64,000 bases of DNA, taken from Amoebidium appalachense (taxonomy: Eukaryota; Protista; Ichthyosporea). Position numbers and translations under genes: made by a program. Position 1 is the first letter of the stretch. Each line of letters opens with the position of its first letter. The stretch spans positions 6,693,962 through 6,757,961 of the forward strand of contig CAVNZM010000007.1 of the NCBI GenBank assembly GCA_963693365.1, in the 5' to 3' direction. A model generated the notes under the pieces. The model was not told the DNA's origin, ran no database searches, and saw only the letters and a list, made by a program, of their open reading frames with translations. This document shows, piece after piece, positions 32,101-42,435 of the stretch.

Positions 32101-33971
32101 AAGTTTAGCAAAGTGAGTATAGCCGTGCAGCTGTGAAAGCTGCTCGTCTATTTTAGGGAGAGGCCATTGGTCTGCCTTAGTGATCCGATTCAGAGCCCTG
32201 TAATCGTTCACTAGACGCCAAGACCCGTCGGGCTTCTTAACCAATAGCACCGGACTTCTCCACGGACTCGAACTATGCTCCACATGACCCTTTTTTAACA
32301 TATCACTCACTATTATTAGCGCATCCGACAATTTATACTGCTCCATTCTATAGCTAGGCATCACTACCGGCCTATTATCACCTGTGTCGATCTGCATTTC
32401 AAACCCTTTAACGAAGCCTACTTCGTTATCATCGGCCAGAAATGCAAACCGAGTCCTATCAAATAACTTAGCTAGCAATTTTTTCTGTTCTACCGTCCAA
32501 TCCCCCTCCTTCATACCAAACGGCAATACTAACTCCAGGTTACCCCCATCACAAGTGGATGCATCCTTATTCACCGGAGTGCCACTTAACATTTCACCTC
32601 CTGTATTACATCGGTGCTGCGCGGGGTGAGGTGGAGGTACCTCCGGATATAGGCGGTCACCCTTAGCACCCCCCTCCCCCCGGCACACCCATGCCCCCGG
32701 GCAATTCCTGATGAGTTAGTGCATGTATGTGGGGGGCCAGGTCTGTGGCCACCCTGCCCCCCACGGTGTTGGTTAACCCGTCAGATCCACGGGTTAGACC
32801 AACACCCTCCCCCCCTGCCTGCACATTCTCACACCCGGGGTGACCCTCCTTCCTCTTGGGGGTCGGGGGAGTGGGACCGGTGCTGTCCCGGTCCCCCCCC
32901 CCATCGTGTCGGGTGACATTTTGGTGGCTAACGTTAAATAAAGTTGTTCCCCCTCCTCCTGAGTCACCTTTCGAGCCGGCATCCTCCTTTTGGGTAATAA
33001 GAGAGACCTCTATACTACCAATCTCATTAGTGAAACTACCGACGGAAACACCTGACCTAATCACTATAGGCTCGATGCCCGGATTCACTAATTCTATTTC
33101 TATAGTCTTATCCGGCCACGTGACCCTACTAAGGGTCCATTGGGCCACCTCCTGAAATGGGGTTTTCGGAGTAAAAACCCCTAAATCCCCTATCCTAACA
33201 TGATTGCCGGCCCGGACACGTACCGTTTGGCACTGGTAAGGCTCGATTACTACTTCAGCTACCGTTCTAGCACCAGACTGATAACCGTCGAGCCCATCAT
33301 GGGTTTTAATTTTAACGCCGGACTGCAATTCTAAAACATTCGTACGTTCAAACAAAGCATTCACATGTCTACGGAAAAATGGGGCTCCCAACAAAACACT
33401 TTGAGCTAAATCCTTAACCACATAACAAGCAATATGCATAGCCTGGCCACCTATCTCACACGGCAACACACAAACACCTTCCACAGACATACTACTATTA
33501 TTAGCACTACCTAAGGCTGTGCTAGAAGCATCTAAAATAGGAATTTCCCCCCCGGCCTGATTAAAACGACGAATAAACGAAGCATGCACACAATTAACCT
33601 GAGCCCCTCCATCGAGCAAAGCAACAGCCTTCAACTTACCATCAGCTAACCATACGTCTATATAATGCCGGCTAAAACCAACTAAATCCTCCTCCAATTC
33701 AAGCAACACATCATCACTCACACCCAATCCCTGCCCACGAAGACTCACACCCTCGATACCTACGTGCAACATACCTACCTGTGGTGCCTGCACAGGTGGG
33801 GTGGGGTGTGTATGTGATGTGGGTGGTGGTGGAGTGTGTGTTTGTGGTGTGTGGGTGGGTGGTGTGTGTGTGTTTGGTGTATGTGTGGGTGTGTGTATGG
33901 GTGTAGGTGTGTCTGCAACCGTCGTATGTTGTTGTGGTGGTGTGTTTCTACGTGTCTGTGCCTTCCCCCCC
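29197..33971 (-). pseudogene. pol: Chromovirus Pol (protease, RT, RNase H, integrase, chromodomain), disrupted
   Basis: Protease ALLDGGAQVN. RT SSSPWRSPVLLVKKPDGSWRLVNDYRALN, YLDD and FLGH. RNase H CDAS..VIAYASRS..YSDH. Integrase HEHPMAGHLG..CMHC, VAVDVVGP, LTDRS, TSAYHPQAN and GPY. Chromodomain IMDKK..YYLIRFEG..DQWLPEFHL. A frameshift lies in a homopolymer at ~32670-32690 and an in-frame TAG at 31348-31350; the 5' part is cut off by the nested element. Confidence 0.93.
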
Positions 33972-36900
33972 TGTAAACAACTGTACACATGAACTGTACA
34001 TGTTTACTAAAGAATGTGATCTACTAGCACACAATTCGTTCTTTGTCATGAATATCACATAAATATTATGTCCACACCAATAGGAATCAATCTTACCTAA
34101 GAAATGAACCATGTATGATTCTACCGCTGCATACCACATAAACGAAGTGAACCAATAAGATGTTTGCATAAATAGGACGAAGGTCTGACTGGCTTGGACC
34201 GCACCAGAATCACGAATGGCATGTTGCCACCCGCGCTGGCCGCGGATGAAGCAATCCTGGGCCTTGATCCGAAACCTGGGGGCTATATAACAAAGCCGTC
34301 CCAGTACGGGGATCACATCAGTGAAGTCTGAGACAGACTGAGTCGGCCCATAGTAAAAGCAACTTGGCCGCGTGTGCCTTTCTACCCGTTCTCTGTCTTT
34401 ATTCTGATTCAGTTGTTCTCTGCCTTATCCCAACTAGTTCAACTGTTTACATTGGCGACCGCGCAGTTCAAGAATCTCGCATCCTTCGAATCTCACATCT
34501 TTCAATCACATCTTTCAATCAGTTCAAGAATCTCACATCTTTCAATCAGCTCAAGAATCTCCCATGGCCGATCACAATCCTTTTTACCCCGATGATAGGC
34601 ACATCTTTCCTTTTCCGGCTTAGAATATATACACCGACAAGTTTGAAGTGGCCAGCCCACCTACACGGAAAGAATTGAAAGCATGAAAATCTCCTTATAC
34701 TACGACACATAAAAAACGCGAAGAAAAACGAAAACACAACGAAACAACGAATACACGAACAAACGAATAGAGAATTGCTAACGAAGCAATGAACCAACGA
34801 AAAACCAACCATCACGAATACGCAATGAAATAAAGAATTAACGACAAACGATTGCATAGAGGAAATACGAAATGAATGCAACACGAAAACAAAACGAAGT
34901 AACGAAGTTATCAAACGACAAAAAACGAAAAACGAAAGCAAAATGAACTGGAAATACGAAAATGAAAGAACGAATGCACAACACTGCTTGGGTTGCAATG
35001 CACACAGCCCCCTCTATGTTAGGAAGAAAATAAAACCGTTGCCCTTGCGTGCATTGCCCTATTGCACACTGCCATCGTGTCCATGCCACCGCATGCACGT
35101 CCACACTCGCAAGCCAGATGCACGGCCACTTTCAGCACGAATGCATTTAAAGAAGAAGATAGTCGCTGTTCCTATAGCATGTAGGACATAAGGTGCTGTG
35201 AAAGTAGTTTTGCATGCATGCTTCGAATTTCTTGCTGTTGTCGAATACAGCATGCCCCATAGTTTATCGCACAGGATGCACAACATGCGCATGAACGTAT
35301 GCTGGCATGCCTAAACACATTACGAACATATGCCTCATGTATGGCCCTTCCTGGTGCCATGCCCCAACGAATTTGCACTCTTGGTGCACAGAAGGCATGT
35401 AATAAAGTCGATGCAGAACTTTGTTCGTGCATGCGAAACAAACGAAGCTGTGGGGTACGAATTTACAGGTAACTGCCAGTGTGTGGCAATACTGTACAAA
35501 TACTATAACATACGAACTATGCTGTAAAGCCTGGAATACCCGCATGCAAAATAAAATTGCTGCCGGCACACCCCCACCAGAATAAAGAAAACAAAAGAAT
35601 GTGGTATGGGCACCGTTCCCTCACAACCCCAGCATACAGTGTCAGTATTTTGGCTGGAAGCCTTTCAGTTTCGAATTACGAATACCCTCCTTCACTACTG
35701 AAGAAAGTGACGAGGAAGACGAATACGAATACGAATGCAAGGTGTTGTTGACTAACACATCGGACCATCATGTGTACCTAGGCCCTGGTACGGAGGTGAC
35801 CATGTTATTCCCTTGCAATATGATGACACTGTAACAATTTAGCACGTGCATACCCCACCAATGGGCACATGCGGGAGACAACCCCACAAGCTGCCTTATT
35901 GGGCACCTCTGCTAAAACGAATATTCTTCTCACGAAGGAACAGAAGAATGCCACGAACACGAACCACACACCCCCCAGGCAGCTACTTACGTCTGATGTA
36001 TGAAAGTAGTAGGTGTGTGAATGGGGTAACTCCATGAACACCAACACGAAAGAAAGCACAGCACAAAGCAGTTCCACGAACACGAATGGTTTTGGTTTTC
36101 CACACAACAAACAGAACCAACAGTAGGGCCACCTACAAAAGAAGCAGAGGATGGGGCACCATCCAGACCTGCACTGGAGGATATGAAGATACGAAGCGCG
36201 CTCACCAAGTTGCTTACAAAAGAAAGGGCGACCGTGACGACTTTTCTTTTGAGGCCAAGCCTCCAGAAGAATGTATTATGCCTGGAATCCCCCTGCTCAA
36301 CGAAAATCGCTGGCTCATGGGATACGAAAACTGCTCACGAATGGAAGCAGGTGTTTTCTGAAGAAGGCTTGCTTTGCCTACCCTCTTCTTATGAATTATG
36401 AACCGGGTTTTTAATGGTTCTAACGGGCTGATAGATTTCTTTATGTCACCCAACGAAGAACACTAAGGGCATTTTTATTCTGTTTTTCCCAGCTCCGATG
36501 ATGCAGGGTTAAAGCTGAAAGGAAAGAAGTGCTATTTGTTCATGAAAGAAGTGGCTTTTCTGGCCATGGCGACTCGCCTTACAGTCTTAAGGTAGAACCG
36601 GGATAAGGAGCAGCGGCTAAGCCTTGAAGCTATCCACCACTACCTGAGCTACGAAGTGACCTAAGGCTTGAGTTATATTCATTATCGAATGCTTGGTATG
36701 ATCATTCATCCACACAACCAAATTACTCGCAATTGAAAACGAATCTGCGGGAGTATCCTAAAAAGGAAAAATTCCCAAAAAGGAAAATATTACTTCTACA
36801 GAAAAAGCCAAGCACAGAGACGAAGCGAACAATTCGCACGAACACTGCAACAATCTTCGCCACGAAAATGAACGCACAGAAGAATGCTGCATGAATTTAC

Positions 36901-37549
36901 GTTTTGGCAAACGAAGAAGTGCTCATAGACGTGCACAACTCTATTCAACCATCCTTGCTCTGTTCTGCCCAGCAGCTCGGCGCACAAGAATTCTCGCTGA
37001 AGGTTGTTTATCGCCTCTCAGCCTGGTGGTTTGCTTGCCTAACGACACCACCAGGCTCCCGACAAGGGGGGAGTGTAAACAACTGTACACATGAACTGTA
37101 CATGTTTACTAAAGAATGTGATCTACTAGCACACAATTCGTTCTTTGTCATATCACATAAATATTATGTCCACACCAATAGGAATCAATCTTACCTAAGA
37201 AATGAACCATGTATGATTCTACCGCTGCATACCACATAAACGAAGTGAACCAATAAGATGTTTGCATAAATAGGACGAAGGTCTGACTGGCTTGGACCGC
37301 ACCAGAATCACGAATGGCATGTTGCCACCCGCGCTGGCCGCGGATGAAGCAATCCTGGGCCTTGATCCGAAACCTGGGGGCTATATAACAAAGCCGTCCC
37401 AGTACGGGGATCACATCAGTGAAGTCTGAGACAGACTGAGTCGGCCCATAGTAAAAGCAACTTGGCCGCGTGTGCCTTTCTACCCGTTCTCTGTCTTTAT
37501 TCTGATTCAGTTGTTCTCTGCCTTATCCCAACTAGTTCAACTGTTTACA
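33972..37549 (+). mobile_element. Non-autonomous Gypsy-derived LTR element nested in the chromovirus, in opposite orientation
   Basis: LTRs at 33972-34451 and 37074-37549 (TGTAAACA...TGTTTACA, differing by a 4-bp indel). TSD CCCCC. PBS TGGCGACCGCG at 34453-34463 and [13 protein letters not shown] at 37064-37073. The internal region has only a decayed RT remnant at ~36390-36570 (IMNRVFNG..NEEH..AGLKLKGKKCYLFMKEVAFL). Confidence 0.95.
34453..34463 (+). promoter_or_regulatory. Primer-binding site, probably for tRNA-Arg(UCG)
   Basis: TGGCGACCGCG lies 1 nt after the LTR and is complementary to a tRNA 3' end CGCGGUCG-CCA, which resembles eukaryotic tRNA-Arg(UCG) acceptor stems. Confidence 0.7.
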
Positions 37550-37937
37550 CCCCCTTCCCCTTTTACTCGTGTGTGTCCCCCCCCTCCCGGAAACAATGGC
37601 ACAGAAACCCCCTCCGGTGTGGTTAGAATAAACACCGGGTTGGGACAAGAAACACTGAGGCCATCCACTTGTGGCTGGGGAACCTCCCCCAACCACAAAA
37701 CATTCACACCATTCATACCTTTGGTAGAGTCACCCCACAAACATTCATGCCATACCACCTCGACGCTGTCTTGAGGACCCACAACGATGCCCGGCTCCCA
37801 CACGTATAGGGGCGGTGAGGGGGCAAAGGGAAGCTTAACCTGGGGTGGGGGAGGGTGAAGGTTCTCTGCAACCTGGGGGGGACCGATACTGTCCCCCCCC
37901 CTCCCTCAGTGACCCCAGCTTCCCCCTCCCCCGGAAC

Positions 37938-39278
37938 TCAATAGCTCTTGTAACTACGGCAATATGCAGCAGAGTGCCCTTGCCGGCCACAAAAGTAACA
38001 TGCACCAAAGAAGGGGCCAGGGGGGACTTCAAAACCTTGGCGCAAAGCATAACCGGGAGCCCGGTCATGCTGGGGGGGCCCACCGTGTGCACCACGGCCC
38101 CCCCTTCCCCCCTGCCCCCCTCGGCCTCTCTCACCACCATTTCCACCCCTCCCTCTACCCTGCCCACCACCACGAGCAAGATAAGGGGCAAACCTCTCGG
38201 TGAACTGCTGCTGTTGTCCTCCACGTCCACCTCGGCCACGACCGCCGTGTCCACCCCGGTCGCCGCCACGGCCACCCCGGAAGCCGAAGCCCCCTCGGCC
38301 CGAGAAGACGGCCTGGGAGAGCTCAGCAACTTGCTTGACCAACATGGTGAGTGCATCTGGCTGTTCACCCTCTAGATCTTTTTTCTCTTTTTCCCCCTTC
38401 TGTCCACTCTCCTTCTTTTTCTTGTCTACTTCCATCACCTCCTTTTTATCCCTCTTATTGAACTTCACCTCGTGCATGGCAAGCAAGTGACGTTTAACAT
38501 GCAACACCACCTCATCTACATCATCATGCTCCCCAAACATGCGTGCAGTGTCTGTGTTTACTGAGAGAGCCTTACGAGCAAACTCGAATTTTTCCCTATC
38601 ACTCACGTCACCAGCTAACTCGCAAAGGTCTTCAAAGACCCGATATTCTCTCTCAAAGAATGCACGAGCTTCTACGGGGGACATATCTAAAGTGGGAAAG
38701 GTATACTTCCATTCTCTGAGCTGGGCCCGGAAGGTACGGCGCCGGTCGGCCGTCAGGTATCGGCCGACGAGCCGGGCCGTATACTCGAGCTCGTTTTCCG
38801 GCCGTGTGAAGGCCTCGAGCTCCCCGTCCACGTCGTCGGTGCTGTTCTCGTCCTCGTCGTCGGGGATGAACCGTGCGGCCAGACGTTTCTGGCCGAGTGT
38901 CCGGGACACCATCTCGTCCCTCCCCTCGTCGTACTGCTGCTCGTATATACGAGCCGTCACCTGGGGGGCCTGCTCGGCCCGGTACGGGTGCTCCTCCATC
39001 AGGGTGCATAAGTCGGCCATTGTTTTGTGGTCGATGCACTGTTTGATCATTAAGCACGAGGCCGCCACAGTGGGGGCCTTCTTTGTGTCTAACACTAGTG
39101 TGGGTGTGTTAGCTAGGAGTGTCCTAAGCCACCTAGGTATTTCCGAGTCGTGTTTGAGTGTAAAACTGAAAGCTGTGGTCTGTCTAACGTCTAGTGTATG
39201 AACCTGTGGTACCTGTGTGTGCAGGGAGCTATCCTCTGCTGCCAATGCGTAGAACATATCTACGTTAAACTTAGCCAT
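37938..39278 (-). CDS. gag: Chromovirus Gag
   Basis: Open frame from MAKFNVDMF, with an RGG-rich segment and a CCHC knuckle CYFCGRQGHSAAYC just before the TGA. Confidence 0.88.
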   Translation of the reverse strand: MAKFNVDMFYALAAEDSSLHTQVPQVHTLDVRQTTAFSFTLKHDSEIPRWLRTLLANTPTLVLDTKKAPTVAASCLMIKQCIDHKTMADLCTLMEEHPYRAEQAPQVTARIYEQQYDEGRDEMVSRTLGQKRLAARFIPDDEDENSTDDVDGELEAFTRPENELEYTARLVGRYLTADRRRTFRAQLREWKYTFPTLDMSPVEARAFFEREYRVFEDLCELAGDVSDREKFEFARKALSVNTDTARMFGEHDDVDEVVLHVKRHLLAMHEVKFNKRDKKEVMEVDKKKKESGQKGEKEKKDLEGEQPDALTMLVKQVAELSQAVFSGRGGFGFRGGRGGDRGGHGGRGRGGRGGQQQQFTERFAPYLARGGGQGRGRGGNGGERGRGGQGGRGGRGAHGGPPQHDRAPGYALRQGFEVPPGPFFGACYFCGRQGHSAAYCRSYKSY

Positions 39279-39435
39279 TGTGTGGTGTGTGCCCGAACTC
39301 GTGTGGTTGTGTTTATGTTTTTTTTTTTTTTTTTTTTTTTTTTTTTCTGTGTGTTTGAGGTGTAGCAACAGCCCAGAAGGAACTGTCACCGCGTTACCCT
39401 AGCGCGAAAAACCGCACTAAAAGAAAGGTGTAGCT

Positions 39436-40152
39436 TGTCGTATCCTAATGTATGTGTACTAGAGACGCGGCACTCTACTAAGTGTACACACACGAAAAGG
39501 AACGAACGTGTACAGAAAAACGGTAAAGTTTATTAAGACCAGGCTCCGACGGGCAAACTTAGATCCGTACGGATTGAGTCTAAGTTTCGACTGAGGCCAT
39601 CAAGGCCGTGCCCTACAAGATCATCATCACCTGGCCCCCTACGATGCCACATTCCATTAACATTCCGATCTACTTTTATCGTGCGCCTGCACGAGCTAAG
39701 TCGATCTACTCAACTAATATATTTATCCATGTCTCACCCCTCTCCCTTCCCCTAGTGGCACCGCAGAGTCTAATTCTACATTTCATACTATCTCCCTCCC
39801 CCCTCCCTCCCCCCTTTCCTCTGTCATCGAAATATATAAATACGTTTGGCAGCATACACTATCAGAACTTGCCAATATTTACAAAAGGGCTTCTGCCCGA
39901 ACAATCACATTCCTAAGTCCTCCTACGATCTATCCTACACACTAATTAGAATTCTATTGGTCGGCTGTCCCAGCTGACGTGGTCCTGCCCTGCGCCGGCA
40001 GAGGCAAGATGATGCACGCAGCTGCACAGCTATCTTGAGGCCCCGGACTTGATCTTGATGATCTGTGACCCGGGCCACCCCCCCCCCCCCCCCCCCCCCC
40101 GATCTCGATCGTAGACTTAGGCTAATCTGCTGAGACGGATTAGTATATGTCA
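39436..40152 (-). repeat. 5' LTR of chromovirus
   Basis: Direct repeat of 28209-28925. The differences I can see are confined to C-run regions. Confidence 0.97.
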
Positions 40153-41472
40153 AAAAGTCTAAAGTGGTCACATTGCCAGCCAGTGTAGCAGACACCCGTA
40201 GGGAAAGAGGTAAAACGCGACACAAAAACTCACACCTATCAACATGATTGCGATTAAAAGTTCAGCACAAAATTGGCACCAGCGGTGATGGGAACAAAAA
40301 TTACAACGCCACTGAACAACTTTCCAAGCAATATCAACCTGGCAGAGCACCATATAGACTTGTCTACTAGGGTGGTATCCATACGTACAGCAGGAGAAAT
40401 GTATCCTGCCGAAGCTCCCAAAAAGCGATAATGATCAGTACGGTGTTGCCTAAGGAACATAACACATGCCGACTGAGTTTTACCTTTGATTTCTCTATCA
40501 GAACGAGAAAGAAACTTATACTGCGTATGGTAATAACGCGAAAAGGCAGAAAAAACAGGAAGAGAAAAGAAAGAGGGAGTGAGATAGTAGCGAGAGGAAG
40601 AATCAGGTTGAAAGAGGCTAGGCTGAGGACATTCAGATGTAGCGTTGGTGAATCGGGGGGGAAGAGGGATGGAGGGAGGGGGGGAGGGGAAGAAAGCATA
40701 CTATAAGAGGGTGACCATCGAGTGTCCTAACTAAATGAAAACAAAAACAAAGAGACAATTCCTCCATACGACAAACAGCAGACGACAATCCAAACATACT
40801 GATTAAGGGAGGCACACTGCAAACCGAGTACGAAACAAAGTGCGCAGCGCAGTACCCTGAAAATCGTCGAACTCTTTCAGCGCCATGGCCGCCTCGCGAG
40901 GTGGGGCACAGGCCAATAGCGGAAGTCCATTTTCGAAAGTCGGCCGTAAAGAGGTTTATAGTAGAGAAGAGGGTTCGCAGGATGGATCACAGACTCCCGT
41001 TGAAACATATTTGACACGAAGTGAAGCTTACCCTTCGCACGAGCGATCCGTGCCGTGAGGAGCTTGCGGAAATCAATACCCCGTGCAGTAAAAGGAATAC
41101 CCAAATAGTCATAGGTGCTCTGAACAGGAATAGGAAGACCGGCCAATCGAAAGGAAACGTTTTTCGAAAAGGTAGCACACGTTGCAATTCTGACTGTCAT
41201 GAGATTCTCGGTGCACCATTGATCCACCTGACGAAGCATCTGGTGCATGACATCTTCGGTCAAGGAACAAAGAACAATATCGTCCACAAAAAGGAGACCC
41301 GGTACAAGGCGGGTATGCAGTTGGCCAAAAGGTTCGAGGGCACAGGCTAAATCGTCGATGAAAACGTCAAACAACAACGGACTCAGGAGGGACCCCTGCA
41401 GAAGACCCCCAGAACAAGAATAACCGGGCGTTAATGTTCCATTGACCGCCGCTTGTCCGCGAGTGGTATCGG

Positions 41473-42435
41473 TGTTGTAATACGTAGTATCTACATATTG
41501 TAAGATCTTCTCAGTTCGTGATATGTTTTCGTTCATTTACTTAGTGTAAAAGATGCGCTCCTTGTACGTAAATTATGGCATCGATCTCCAGTGTGTTTGA
41601 ATACTTGTAATCGTGCTGTGTCGACTATATTCGTGTGTTTAGATATCTATTACAGCAACTGATTATAGGTACACGAGTCTGCCCACTGCAGTGAGGGAGA
41701 AACGTGTACATGTTTGTGTCACTACATGAATATCTTTAGTTGTAGCTGTGCTATGAATATCGTGTTTGTTGATCTGTGTTCTTTTCTCTTTTCTCTTTCT
41801 CCTTCTATCTTTTCATTTCCTTTTCTCCGTTGTCTCAGGCTTCATGTGCATGATCATCTTTCTTTCTTACTAATATATGTTGAGTGGATTCGTGTTGCTT
41901 AGTATGTGTTGATTGGACGACCACACACTTAGGCTACACTTAGTTTGACACGTGTGATCACAGCTCTTTGATTTACTTTAGTTTTCATGTGTTGCCGGGC
42001 TGTGACCAATCAACAGGGTTAGTGCTGTTGTACCTGTGTCTTTGCAGTGCTTGATAGGTTAGAAATATGTACGACAGCTCCCTCGTTCCTCGTTGTCTCA
42101 ACACCTCGATACTAGGTAGTGGCTGTGACCTATCGTGTGTGTTCCCGCCTGCCAGATCTGTCCTTAAGCAATCAGTTCATAGTGATTGGTTTGTTTTAGA
42201 CCTAAATCTGATTTCCGACTGGTCGGAAATCACATACCGAATTGACTTAGCTATTTCTCAGGTATATATACGAAATCAATCCATTGATTTCGTAAGTCGT
42301 GTCTAAACATTGATGTCTGTTGTGTACACTGCTCCGATCGTTCCGTGTTTTGTTGTTGTGTGTCTGTGGTGTTTTCACACTGCACCACTGCCGTCTAGAC
42401 TCTGCTTCCTTACCAAATACTTATAAAATTTTACA
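41473..42435. mobile_element. Solo LTR (963 bp) inserted in the LINE RT
   Basis: TGT...ACA termini with a 5-bp TSD ATCGG (41468-41472, 42436-42440). Removing it restores the RT frame LQALSD|TTRGQAAVNG. Confidence 0.88.

Larger units (their letters stand above)
28209..40152 (-). mobile_element. Full-length Ty3/Gypsy chromovirus LTR retrotransposon
   Basis: Two near-identical 717-bp TG...CA LTRs (28209-28925, 39436-40152), 5-bp TSD AAAAG (28204-28208 and 40153-40157), polypurine tract at 28927-28937, domain order gag-PR-RT-RH-IN, and a C-terminal chromodomain. Confidence 0.97.

Noticed and set aside
37845-39201. Antisense ORFs over gag (37845-38375, 38539-39201) and over LINE ORF1 (44177-44857)
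   Set aside because: Shadow ORFs expected from GC-rich coding sequence, with no motifs.
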